From Octopus bimaculoides (lineage: Eukaryota), in the NCBI RefSeq assembly GCF_001194135.2, contig NC_068989.1, positions 8,613,880 to 8,677,879 of the forward strand: a stretch of DNA of 64,000 nucleotides, in the 5' to 3' direction. A model generated the notes under the pieces. It worked only from the letters and a program-made list of their open reading frames with translations, did not search any database and had not been told where the DNA came from. A program made the translations under genes and the position numbers. Of this stretch, positions 1-12,205 are shown in pieces; position 1 is the stretch's first letter; each line of letters opens with the position of its first letter.

Positions 1-52
<52 letters not shown>
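1..52. repeat. (TA)n microsatellite
   Basis: Pure TA dinucleotide run at the window start. Confidence 0.99.
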
Positions 53-56
<4 letters not shown>

Positions 57-722
57 ATATTAAATTTATAAATTTATATGCGCATATATTTGTATACATC
101 TCTTTCATATTATGGATAATTATATGCATTGTTATATGTTTATACGTCTTAGAGATAGACGCCTGCGCACACACACATACATACACACACATACAGTTAT
201 TGAAGAAAGAAAGTTCGCAGACAACTGATTTGTGTATTTCAAGCTAATACATAACTGTTTTGTATGTCAAAACAGATAAAGAAAACGTGTAAATATTTTA
301 GAGGTATTAACTACAGAATTACGACTGTTTTACTGAATAATTATAGTACAACTCAACTCTGATCGAATATATATTTCGTGACCATTCATCAAAATTACTT
401 AGGAATCAATGCCAGGATTAGTTTTTATCTCGAATTATGTATTCAATACAGGTTTATTTAGTACTAAATCTTAATTTGCTTGTGTCCGGAAAAAATGCAT
501 CTATTATATAATTTGCGTGCCTTCGTTAATCATGAACGAATTGCTAATCAACATGCTAATCAACATGCGCTGCTTTTTATGTTATCTTTCTGGTTTCTAC
601 ATTCATTTCTATTAATTGTTATTGATTGTTGGTTTAATTTTACGAAATGATGATCTTTTGTATAATATTGCGGTTAAATCTGAGTAGTTTTGTATACACA
701 CTGACACAGAGACATACACATG

Positions 723-724
723 CC

Positions 725-821
<97 letters not shown>
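723..821. repeat. (CA)n microsatellite
   Basis: Near-pure CA run; it explains the overlapping HT/VC ORFs. Confidence 0.99.
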
Positions 822-823
<2 letters not shown>

Positions 824-1688
824 ACACATTCATACACCCACGTACGCAGAACACCAGCCAGATATATTTGATGTATGTGTGTTTGTTTTTAAGGTTTTTT
901 TTTGTATTCGTAGATTGTAATATCCGTGATTTGATTTAATTAACGATAATTATACAACACCTTCAGCAAGTATTTACAGGAAGATTTTTATGTGAAACGT
1001 GGGAAGAACAGCAACCTCCTGGGCGTTAGATTTAATCTTTGATCTTTTTTACACCATCATTTGACACTTCAATTCTATTTGCAGATTTCACTTTCCTGTA
1101 AGTATTCAAGTTATGTTTCTGATTTCAGGATATTAAAATATACTACATCTCTCCGGGAAGTGTGACGGGTGCTGTGTTTTCTTATCTTATGATGCCATAA
1201 AACATATATAAAGACACAACCGATTGAGTCGATTCCATGTTTTGAGTCATAATCATTTACTCAATCTTGGAAAACTACTGATAGCCAAATTACTAATGAT
1301 ACTGAACAGCTAGCTAAATATTTCGGTAGTTCGCTTTAGCTTATCGCATTATACTGTACCCCTGGCAATGATAATTTAATACACCCTGCAGTAAATGAAA
1401 ACTGGTATTGTAAAATTAATGAGTTTCATTTGCTTCAGCGCTGCTTTTCATATATGTCCTGCATATCGTCAAACATGTCATTGTGCTCCATCTTTGTCAT
1501 CTCTATGTCTCAATATACAGCGACAACTGACTGAGTAGGGGACCCTTACACATAAACGTAGTTGATTTTGTTAGTTGAGAGAAGCTTGTTGGTATGAGTA
1601 GACGAATTTCTGTAAGCGTGTAGATCGTGATTTCTTCTGAACTGCCGTAACACAGAAAACAACTATATAATGCATCATTTCCAAACTA

Positions 1689-1822
1689 ATACAGTTCTAT
1701 ATTTAACAGATGAGGAATTATGTACATAATTTACATTATTTACATTTGACGGATATTTGTTCTCATCTCGTTTCTTGTTAACGCAACGTTTCGGCTGATA
1801 TACTCTTCAGCCTTCATCGGGT
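1689..1822 (-). mobile_element. Decayed, headless 3' module of the hammerhead-bearing tRNA-SINE
   Basis: Reverse complement reads cCGATGAaGGCTGAagagtataTCAGCCGAAACGTTGCGTTaacaagaaacgagatgagaacaaatatccgtcaaatgtaaataatg...cataattcctcatctgttaaatatagaactgtat. This is homologous to 11515-11610, 20365-20460 and the inverted arm at 11241-11335. The core CUGAUGA is mutated to CCGAUGA. Confidence 0.9.
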
Positions 1823-1879
1823 ACCATCAGTAAATTCACTCGAAGACAGCACTTCCTTCTCCACTCTCAATTTCCTTTT

Positions 1880-1998
1880 CATACGGTTGGGATGCATGTG
1901 CCTGATGTAACATTATTAGACAAGTAGTCGTGATGGGTATAATGGGCTTCGTATATTCTATCCCAGTGTCACTTTGATGACTTGCGTTGCTCTCACTC

Positions 1999-2082
<84 letters not shown>
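1880..2082 (+). mobile_element. 3' end of an unclassified retroposon (family E) ending in an (AAT)n tail
   Basis: catacggttgggatgcatgtgcctgatgt...gtcgtgatgggtat...gtcactttgatg...tgctctcactc(aat)n is clearly homologous to 50557-50742. Confidence 0.75.
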
Positions 2083-2083
<1 letters not shown>

Positions 2084-4821
2084 TGTAGCGTAAATTGTGA
2101 TATTACGAAGTAATATATTCCAGTCCATTTCATTTCATAGTGCCTATGACAAAGTTGCTGTGTTTCTATCATCGTATTTTCTATAGCAAGATATAAGCTA
2201 ATGAAGCATTTTAACATTCATGGCCATTGTATTCTGGTATTTGCAGGTCCTTGTAGATACGTAGCTGGGACCTGCTTCTAGTGAAATATATTAGCGCGTT
2301 CAGAGTCTAATGATTTGTTTATGGATACAACGAAATGTTATTGACAAGATATAAACCGTAAAAAGCAGAGTCACTATGAAATTAGATATTCCCGGTTATA
2401 TACTGCAGTATTTATTGTTAAACAGGCTAGAAACGAGAATTAAATTCATCTCACTGAATCTCTAAGTTTATTTGCCGTCTACACTGTTCAATTCGGTGAT
2501 GGTCGACGATTATTTCAAATTTTGCTCTGTTATATCTTGGATCTAAATTAAGAAGTGCTTCTCTACTCTATTTAATCAATAATATTGGTCTATACATCAT
2601 AAATACAGGAATAGAAATTTTATTATAGAAAAATTCTACTTTTTTAGTTACGGAATGGAATTTCATGACCATATACCAACTTGTTTGCAATAAAACGAAA
2701 AGAAAAAAAATCAGTTTTGCATTGAAAATTCTGAAATATTGAAATGATTTTTTTATTAGTAAGTTATTTCCGTTTCAATATGTCAGAAGCTAATAAAACA
2801 ATAATTCACAAGTCAGGAGGTGTTAAGGTCGTTGAGAGTAAACATTTATAAGATGCTCTTTATCTTATAGACACACTAAGTAATACTATTATAGATTATA
2901 TTTTGATTCGGCAGTAGGCCAAATTTTGTACTGCAAAAGCTATATCCATTTAAATCTAAACCAGTATATTACAGATATACTGGTTTACAGGCCTCTAAAA
3001 GGTTAGGAAAACAAAGTCGTTAAACAACATTTAACAAAATTATAAAATTATAATAGTTAATATTCTACACTTTTGCTCAATGCATGGAAGCCATTTGTTC
3101 TCAAATAGTGGATCGACCTATTTAATCTATGATTCAATTCTGGAATCAAGAGTGGAATCGTTGGTGTAACTATGATGTTCTGGAGATCTGATGAGCTCGC
3201 CTTCTGTATCTGCATTGATTTATGAATATACAATTGTATTGTTATAATGTGTACTATACATATCAATGCAGACATTTAACCATAATTTATTTTACACTGA
3301 AATTACTAAGATATGAAGAAGGATGCAAAACGGCCGTAACCATAAGGATGACAAGTGGTGAATAAATATATTCATCTCACAAACCTCTTGATTTTCTTTG
3401 GTTTATATTTCCCCCAAGGAATAATCTCCTTGCTCGGATCTCCTAGATGTCAAATGCATGGAACTCTGCATTATACTCTTTTGTATTAGATTACTATGCG
3501 GTTTGTTAGCCGACTCCGTTAGAGGAGCTTTCTGTGATAGGCACACAATTTTATGAATCCGTCTAATACACTACAAATTCATATATATATCCTTTTGTGA
3601 ATAGTGGATCTCCAATGACATATAAAGCTATAAATAATGACAGGTAAAGTATTGGGTTAAGAATCCGTTCAGATAGAAAAATATACCTTTGGACCAAAGC
3701 AATGTTTCGAATTTCTTTGTCCATTTAAAAATTTCCATTCTTACCTACGAGAATTTATGTTGTTGACGTCATAAGAATGTTATAACGTGAAATGATTCTT
3801 TTTTAAAATAGTAGATTCTGAAGCATATGGATTTAGGAATACAAATGTGTAAATATTGGGCTGGCCATTTATACGAGGACGGGGAGCATGTCCTCAAAAC
3901 ATGATGGATTAGAAATTTCAACTTGAAATTAAGGAATAATTAACCTATATTCAGCTCATATACTTCATTTTTTAATCTATTAAACTAATAACTTCGTGTT
4001 GATTATAATTTTATGCAGCACTAATTTATTCATTTTAGGAATCTGAACCATGATTTAACCAATGAAGAGAGATATTTCATTAAAATTATAAATGAAATTA
4101 ATTTCAGTCTAGTGAAAATTTATGGAAGTTTTTTTTTTTGTATTCTTTGTCCTTGTTCATATTACATTAGTACTTTAGGAACCAAGAGAATCTCCTCTGT
4201 GTTTACGTACAGAGTAAAAGTTCAGGAGACTCGACTGCTATCTCTGCAGTTTTAGGCATCAAATGTGTGAAACAGTAAAATCAATGGCGTATATTTCGTT
4301 GCGTTACTACTTGGTAAATTCCAGTTTCAAATCTACAGCAGCCGTTTTGTGTTTAAACCCGGGTGTTTACTGGGTGTCAGAATGTTTGTATGCTGTGAGT
4401 AGCGCAAGAAGCTGACGTCTCGTATAATAAATCTTTGTTGAAGTGTGATGGTCAAATAACGACCAAAATGTTTGCGCGGTACACCTCAGTGAGCTTTGCT
4501 TTGAATATTGTTTGAGTACTCGATTCTTCTATAAATTAGATTTAAACAAACTGTCGTTCTATTCAGGTAGTTGCCTGTCTTTGTTACGTTTAATACCAAA
4601 ACAAACGAAAAAATCACCAATAAAGTCTATTTACCTTCTGTCACGGAGTGTTATGGATATTGACTTGTTTGGAATAGAGATAAATTCGACGTTTTCGGAA
4701 GAAAAAGTTGAATGGACTGCATGTATTTTATGTTATGGGTACTTATTTTACTTACACCTGTCGCTCTTCTTCGGCGGTATATGCACAAATAATCAATTCA
4801 AATTTTAACAAAATGGCAGCC

Positions 4822-4945
4822 AATATTTAGGGTTAGGAAGCAAGTCGATTATATCTGCTCCAGGGTTCAATTCATACTTAATTCATCGAAATGAAAAACA
4901 AAGACGACTTGGGGAGATTTTGAGCTCAGAGCCGTAAAAAGTGTC
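4822..4945 (-). mobile_element. Degenerate SINE family A fragment
   Basis: aagtcgattatatc...cttaattcatcga...aaagacgacttgggg agattttgagctcagag resembles the reverse complement of the family A core. Confidence 0.5.
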
Positions 4946-5749
4946 GCTTCGTATGTTACCTTACGCACTCGTGACTCCTCTCGTGTCACACAAATTTCAC
5001 AAATCTAAAAATCTGCTAAGATTATAAACACTCTCCTAACAATGTGATTTGAGTAGGTCTGCTATACACTTCACTTCATCATTGCTTTATATGTTCCGTG
5101 ATTGACGTTAGATAGTAAACAAAAACCTAATGGTGTTCAGAATCATGTCAACAGTCAAAATTATCAAATGACAGAATGTAAGCCACTGACTATTCGTCTG
5201 ATACTTCCATACTCCATCGACTCAAATATATGCATCTCTCTACGGAAGTTATTCAGATATCTCCAACAGGATATACCAGTAACTGATATCCCCAACAAAA
5301 TACTAATGTGTCTGAAAGCGTCAAATAAAACTTCTCAAACATCACGATTAATTGACTTAATATCCAACAAAGTGATTTTATTTATATTTTTATTTTCTTC
5401 CTTCCCGATTTTTCTTTTTTTTTTGCATTTATAGATTTTGTCTTCGTTTCCTTCTTTTCTTTCCTTAGCGGCTCTTTGGTGCGTGTCTACATTGAAAAAA
5501 AAATTGTCTAGCTCTTGATAATCTGTCTAATATAGTGTCATCAATTACAATCGAAATAATAGCGTAACTTCTTTACGTGAGTCGTTTTATTATTTGATGC
5601 ACAATGCAAAATAAAAAAAAAGAAATGTGTTATATTTTTCTAAACGTTTTTTTTTTATATATATATTTAAAAATTGTTTTTATTTAAATGAATGGAGGAA
5701 GAACTGTTGATATCAAACCAAAGCATGACCTTCTGACATCGGGCAAAAT

Positions 5750-6554
5750 ATTTACTTGTTGTTGTCGATGTTGTTGTTTTTGTTGCTGTTGTTGTTGTTG
5801 TGGTCATTGTGTTGCGGGTGGGTGTGGGGGTGGAGTTATCGATTTATCCGGGCGTGTTTACATCGGCTCTAAAAGTTTGCCAAATTTTGTATGTAAAATG
5901 TTGTTATTTTTGGAGATTTTTGTTCAGTAATTGGTGGAGATGAGGCTCGAAAAATTGTGCCCTAAAGGGCACACTTGATATCATTTTATTTCGCTCTGGT
6001 TTAGGTCATATTTCCTTCTAGATTGTGGGTGCATTAAAGCCCACAAATTGCTTCAATGAGGAGACAATAAAAAGCCCTCGCACCGCCACCAACTTCATTA
6101 GAGATCGGGGACTGGAGAACAGAAACAGCAACAACAACACCATCATTAACAATGCTAATAAAGACAGCAGTCTACAAATGGAAGGGTGGAGGAGACCGGT
6201 ACATCGCTCATAGTTCCAAGTCCAACAACAGAGATTTGTAGCGAAAACAAAAGCAGCAGCAGCAACAACAGCAGCGTTTCCAAAGGTATCCACATGACAC
6301 CGGTGGCAGTGAAAGTAACAGCAACCGCTTATGCAGCAGTAGTGGGGGCAATAACTGTAATATCAGTAGCAGCGCTAGCTAGGGCTGCGGAGGAAGCGAC
6401 AGTAGCATGCAGCGGTGTCAGCAGCAGCAGTAGCATCTCGAACGTCAAAAGCGGCGGCAAAAGAAGCGGAGGCATTAGTGGATGCTGTAGGTGTCACTTC
6501 TGCGGTAGGAACGGCTGCAACAGCACTAGCAACACCAACAACAGTAACAAGTAA
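5750..6554. repeat. GC-richer cryptic trinucleotide (CAG/CAA/GCA/GTT) low-complexity region
   Basis: Degenerate triplet repeats. Every frame on both strands gives S/N/Q/A/T-rich peptides broken by stops or frame changes. Confidence 0.6.
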
Positions 6555-8242
6555 AGGTTAAATTGGTGGCTAGCCCTGAAAAGTGGTGTTAGGTTATAGG
6601 CGATAAGATTTAGTAAGGAAACTGTTATAGAGAAATCTAGAGTTGACTAGGGTCTACAGTCTCCCAGTTCATCGATATATTTATTATTGATGAGCTAGGA
6701 GACCACTTAGGTATGATATTGCAACTGACGTACTGGCCATGAGATTTTCCGTTGACCAATTCTTCAACACTAGGCATGAAGAATGCGTTCTAAGATCTAG
6801 GGTGCATTCTCTAAGGTATGCGGGAATGAAAGCCGTTCGGTGGTCCCCAGTTACAGAAACGCATCGTGGCGAGAAATCCACAATTCTGCCTTTGCTAGAC
6901 CGAGCATGTACGTGATGCTCGATTCCACACACATGTTTCCGGCTTTTTGTTAGTACATTACTGAACTAAGTTGGAAGTTTCGCATGAGCTAAGATGCGAG
7001 GTCCTTCTTTTCATATGTGGACGTTGTGACAGTTAAAGTGTTGGACATCAAACACACCTTGATCGGCGATTCAACAATATTGTGGGGCATTGGAGAGATG
7101 CGTAAATTTGAAATTCTGTAAAGCGTTCTGAAAGAAAAAAACAAAGCACATATTAAACTACAGCATTTCGTTTTTAAAATCTTAAAAATGTGTATGCATA
7201 TTTTCCAAGATGCATGAAACTCGTGCTATATTCCTTAAGCCATCAATAATATAAATATAAACTGATGAGGCGCTGCTGGCTTCCAATCAATTCGATTGAC
7301 GAGAGGAGCGGTCACCGAAATTATTAGCACCAAATAATCTCACGCCAGTTGATTAGCACCAGTATTGAAACATGCAGATCTCAACGGTTTCATCGGTTTC
7401 GGCATTTAATCTATGAATTATAAAGAAACTAATATCATTTGATGTCTTCAAATCCCCGAGGACTTTCCTTTGCTTTTCATTTGCTCATAAAACAGAGATA
7501 CTGATGTTGGCGGCAGATTAGTAGATTACATCTGCGTTAGCTATATATACATCATATATTTATGTGTGTATGTATGTGTATATATATATACAGACATATA
7601 CACATGCGAGCGCGCACACACGCGCAGGCACGCACACGTATATAGTAATATATAAGACAAAAGAGAGCGGAGATGGAGATGGCGAGAGTGAGAGAAAAAA
7701 TTATCGATCCTCACCTGCAAAACAGTAATATTGCTAACATGTAGATAACCGACACTCAAGTATTTGCAGCAGGATGAAAGGGAAAACTCGATGAGCTAAA
7801 CCTTCTCATGTCTCTCTTGGATACACAATGATAATGACGTCAGTGAGGAGAAAGAGAATGAACAAGCATTTGAAGCTGGTTACTTGAATGTATTGACAGC
7901 AAATTAGAATACAATACTTCGTAGTGACAAAGGCGCAGATTTACAGATAACATGGAAACGAGAGGTAAAGCTTTTTGTACACTTGCAAAAGACAATAGCA
8001 AACAGAAAAGGAATTAATTTGGAACCTACGCTATGATCAAAATAACATCTCTAGCTCTTCTCGCAGAGATCTTAGTTCCCGTGTTATTACTTCTCACCTT
8101 CATTTCGCAGGGGAATTGATATTATAACAGTACAATACGTTTGGTGGAATATGCAGTTCAGTAATCTATCTCACATTCATATTACACTTCATTTAGCTGT
8201 TCTTATATATGTATATTATATGTATAATTATGTATATGTATA

Positions 8243-8690
8243 TACATGGGGCATCCCAGAATGTTGAGACATTTTCAGGAGAGACATTTATAACTGCAAA
8301 GAAATACAAATGTCTAATCTCCTTCGAAGTAGAATCCTCTTACTTCAAAGCACATATTTTAGAACTCCATCCACTACTCCATGACCTCATGGAAGTTCGC
8401 CAAAATGAAGGTGTTCAGAACCCTTGTTACAGACTCCTTCAGGATTTCTTCCAGCTTCGGGAACAACCAAATTGCAGAGGAAGCAAGGGATTGTAGAGCG
8501 GATGGTGAGGGACAATTTGGAATTGTGGACTGCTGCTTTTTACAAAGAAATCTCCCCCTGAAATCCCTCAAAGCCTCCACAAAGTACTCTTTGTTAATCG
8601 TCTGACTAAAGGGAAACTAGAGGCTGCAGATAATACATTTGCTGTTGAAAAACAGGGGATTATCTTGATTTGCCTGCTCTCTTATGCCAG
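8243..8690 (-). pseudogene. mariner (Tc1/mariner DD34D) transposase C-terminal relic with probable element end near 8243
   Basis: Minus-strand translation gives QTINKEYFVEALRDFRGRF...IWLFPKLEEILKESVTRVLNTFILANFHEVME*WMEF*NMCFEVRGFYFEGD* (stop at 8314-8316). This matches mariner motifs GQTVNKEYY, (YSPDLAP)xDFWLFPKLK and the terminal GDYFEGD. It has deletions and stops. Confidence 0.85.
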
Positions 8691-9058
8691 CAAAATAACA
8701 GATGCTCAACACATACATATTAATCCGAAAACAATGTTAAGCATTCCATAAGTTTCTGTAGCTTGTTTGCCTAGTTTAACACAATGCTTAATTGCATAGC
8801 GAACTTCTCAGTTGTCTTTCCGTCCCGATTGGCAAAAAGTGTTTAGTAGGGTGTGTTCAAAGCTCTGTTTCTACCTTCTTCCTTCAATATGGAATAACAA
8901 AGTTGGTAGGTCAGCTTATTGGATGTGTAGTAATGATATAGTAAACTTACAATAATCTTAGACAGTTATAGCTGCCTCTCCTAAAAAGCTCCAAACTACT
9001 GGAATGCATGTATGTATGTACGTATGTATATATGTATGTGTGTGTGTGTATATGCTTG

Positions 9059-9090
<32 letters not shown>

Positions 9091-9540
9091 ACAAAGAGAA
9101 AGAGAGATGTAAAAGTACTCATTAATATTATCAGCGATGGCTTTTGGCTTTTAGAATGTGTGTTAACGTTAGCATGCTTTTTTTTCCCAAGACATCAGTA
9201 TTCCGGCGTAGATTTTGACAAAATGTGTCTGATTTCTATCGCTCCCGTGAAATTCTTAATCAACTAAATTGTATATTGCCGAGTGCATTCGTGTCACATT
9301 TCTGTTAATCTTAGAATTTTGGATTGATTATTTTCTAATTCAATTCGCATCCTAAAGTTCTGTTGAAAACAAAGAAAGTTTAGTTGACAATTTCCGAGAT
9401 AAGTTTGATGGTAATTAAAGATACATACATCACAATTATCCAGGCAATGTCTGCAGGGCCACTGGATTGATAACAATTAGTTTCCTAAATTATAAATGTG
9501 CAACAATAGATTTCGAAAATCATTGCATCGAAATATAGCC

Positions 9541-9692
9541 GGAGGCGTGGCTGTGTGGTAAGCAGGTTGCTTCTCAAGCATGTGTTTTCGGATTCAAATT
9601 CACAGCGTGGCACTTTGCGTATATACCTCCTACTATAACCCCGAGCCGACCAATACCTTGTATGTGGATTTTGCATATGGAAACTAAAAGAA
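9541..9692 (+). mobile_element. tRNA-derived SINE family B (CORE-like)
   Basis: A-box-like TGGCTGTGTGG, degenerate B box, then tactataaccccgagccgaccaataccttg..gtggattt..ggaaactaaaagaagc ending in (TA)n. Homologous to 60047-60190, 44025-44180 and 17195-17280. Confidence 0.8.
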
Positions 9693-9698
9693 GCATAT

Positions 9699-9740
<42 letters not shown>

Positions 9741-9932
9741 ATTATTATTATATGATCGAGCGCCACGCACCCATTTCCAATTAAGTTTTATATATATATA
9801 TATATAATTGCATTTGCTTCATGAACTTATATACTATTTTTTTATCACCCAACCTCGTTGATTTATAAATATGAATGAAGTTGTGACTCCACATAATGAT
9901 TCAATAAATGGGTGTACGTCTGTGTGCATTCA

Positions 9933-9935
<3 letters not shown>

Positions 9936-9979
<44 letters not shown>
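9936..9979. repeat. (GT)n microsatellite
   Basis: Pure GT run. Confidence 0.98.
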
Positions 9980-9980
<1 letters not shown>

Positions 9981-11240
9981 CATTATTGCTTTCTTCTTTG
10001 TGTGGAAGTTGAGATAGTACAGATATAGTGCACGAGAAAAGCAATAGTATATAGAGTAAGACTGTGTATGGTTATTACTTGGCAAAGTTAAGGAGAAATT
10101 TAACATACATCAAACATCATTTTATAGTGTAAAAAATTGTAACCATCCAATTTAAATGTAAGATATAGGACCCTGTTAGTGTAATGATTGGTATTTTTTG
10201 CCCGGTCAATAAATGATACCCATAAAGAATTGAAAGGAAATGTTCGTTTTATTTCTAGAGACATCCATTTTCGAGTCGTTCTTTTGAATAAGTTTCAATT
10301 TAATGTTATCGGATGCGTATTGTGTATGTTTTCTTTAATGTAGAAATGTTTTATAAATTACACGATTTTCTCCCCATATCCAACAACTTCGACCCTATGA
10401 ATCTTTCAGTGTGATTTTAATTTTCATTTTAAGAACCATAAAAAATAAGCCCCATTTATTTTGAGTAGTTCTTTATATTCTCATTCTAAATTTCCAAATT
10501 AATGTTTTGAACGAAACAAAAGGGATTCCGCTGCGAGCATTTTCGAGAAAGCTTCCATCATTTAGAGCGTTAATTGAATTCAGGCTTCAATGAAGACGAA
10601 AGTGTGAAGGCGTGAAAAGCAATCACTTTGACTTACTAAAAAAAAAAAAAAAGAAGATTCCGTAATTGAAATGGGATTTCTCTGAAGAATTCACAGACGG
10701 GGATTGGCACCAGGTTATCAACTAATTTCTTATGTATAAAGGAGGAGAACACTTAAGTTAAAATAGTAAGCTGATTAATATCGCTAAGCTCTGATTACTA
10801 CATGCCTGATTAAACAGTTAACTGAAGGTGTCATTCTATGCAACGTTTTCATTAAAAATATTTTTCCTAAACCCTGGTTCCTACGTAATGATATTGGTCG
10901 ATGCTTTACATTTTTGGGGGGAGGGGGGGGGTTGAAGATCCAACTATTTTAACAAATAGATCTAATCACAAATCATTTGAATGCCTCAATTTAAAATATA
11001 CTTCAAGTGTACTTGCTTGTAAACATGCCATTAAGATTCCTTTGAATTACTATCTAAGAAGCAAGAGAAATAAAAATCAGAGTTGCAATGCCTCAGACAG
11101 AAGCCACATAAGCTAGCCCTTCTTGAAAGTACTTTGATAGTTAGGTAATAATAATAACATGTCACAAATGAATAACAGAAACAGATGTAGAGAAAGTTGC
11201 AATGTCTAATTCATCGCTACACTACCAAAATAGATCTTAT

Positions 11241-11436
11241 CATACAGTTCTATATTTAAGAGATGAGGAATTATGTACATTATTTATATTATTTACATTT
11301 GACGGATATTTGTCCTCATCTTATTTGTTGTTAACCACTACGCCATATTCCCGTGGACATATGGCGTAGTGGTTAAGAGCGCGGGCTACTAACCCCAAGA
11401 TTCCGAGTTCGATTCCAGGCAGTGACCTGAATAATA

Positions 11437-11467
<31 letters not shown>

Positions 11468-11608
11468 CATCGAAAAATACCTTAGGAATGAGAATCTAGG
11501 TTCGAAATTTCCCCAAGACATCTGATGAAGGCTGGAGGGTATATCAGCCGAAACGTTGTGTTAACAACAACCAAGATGAGAACAAATATCCTTCAAATAT
11601 AAATAATG
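11241..11608 (+). mobile_element. Fold-back tRNA-SINE with hammerhead ribozyme module (inverted tail + inverted head + full forward copy), 10-bp TSD
   Basis: 11241-11335 is the reverse complement of the element tail. 11331-11376 is a head-to-head palindrome. A box TGGCGTAGTGG at 11362, B box GAGTTCGATTCC at 11405, (AAT)n linker, hammerhead at 11517-11562. Flanked by TAGATCTTAT at 11231-11240 and 11609-11618. Confidence 0.9.
11517..11562 (+). ncRNA. Minimal type-I hammerhead ribozyme motif
   Basis: Helix I GACAU/GUGUU, core CUGAUGA (11522-11528), extra A, helix II GGCUG/CAGCC, GAAA (11550-11553), palindromic ACGU in place of helix III, putative cleavage triplet GUU. Confidence 0.7.
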
Positions 11609-11985
11609 TAGATCTTATTCCATCCAAAACGAGTTAGTTGCTTCTCCACATCTTACTAATGGTAGATTTTTAATTTCCTGTCTATAAGTTGTTGAAATAT
11701 TTATTAAATGTAGTTACCCTTGCATTTACACAATCTCTCTGGTGGGATAGGAACTATAAAACTCTCATGAGATATGTCAGTCTGCACTTTCAATACTACC
11801 TATCTAGTCTGAAGAATCAAATGTAGAAAAACAATATAATTTCGAAGATATTATATATTTCGTGATTCGGTATAAACTTCCAGCCATCGTACACTTTTCA
11901 AAATATCCGTCATAGTTTGTTGTTTATTCCAAGATCAAATGAATGGATGTAAATCAAAATTGTTTTCAATATTGTTCCAACCATC

Positions 11986-12205
11986 AGGGCGGCGATCTGG
12001 CCGAATCGCTAGCGCGCCGGGCAAAATGCTTAGCGGCCTTTCGTCCGGCTTTACGTATTTAATTCAAATCTTTCGAGACCAACTATGTCTTTCACCATTT
12101 TGGGGTCAATAAAATAAGTAACAGTTGAGCACTGGGGTTGATGTAACCGACTTACTCCCTCCCTCGAAATTAGCAGCCTTATGTTGAAATTCGAAAGCAA
12201 TATTA
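11986..12205 (+). mobile_element. tRNA-derived SINE family A
   Basis: ggcggcgatctggccgaatcgctagcgcgccgggcaaaatgcttagcgg...ggggtcaataaaataagtaacagttgagcactggggttgatgtaaccgact; homologous to 44813-45045. Confidence 0.85.

Noticed and set aside
5102-5434. 110-aa plus-strand ORF
   Set aside because: No recognisable motif or splice context; it ends in a T-rich tract.
5956-5973. GTGCCC-TTTA-GGGCAC stem-loop (minus strand) resembling a histone 3' stem-loop
   Set aside because: It lacks the GG base and U-A top pair of the histone consensus, and there is no histone ORF upstream.
6684-6932. 82-aa minus ORF / possible Tx1 ORF2 remnant
   Set aside because: Only short, inconsistent motif resemblance on either strand.
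7262-7330. CTGATGAG...GAAA spacing resembling another hammerhead
   Set aside because: Helix II pairs only 2 bp next to the core, and no helix I or palindromic helix III can be formed. Unsupported without a family consensus.
11355-11430. tRNA-like sequence (also 20216-20290 and 27684-27760) as a true tRNA gene
   Set aside because: The acceptor and anticodon stems do not close properly, there is no oligo-T terminator, and each is embedded in a repeated element. These are SINE heads.
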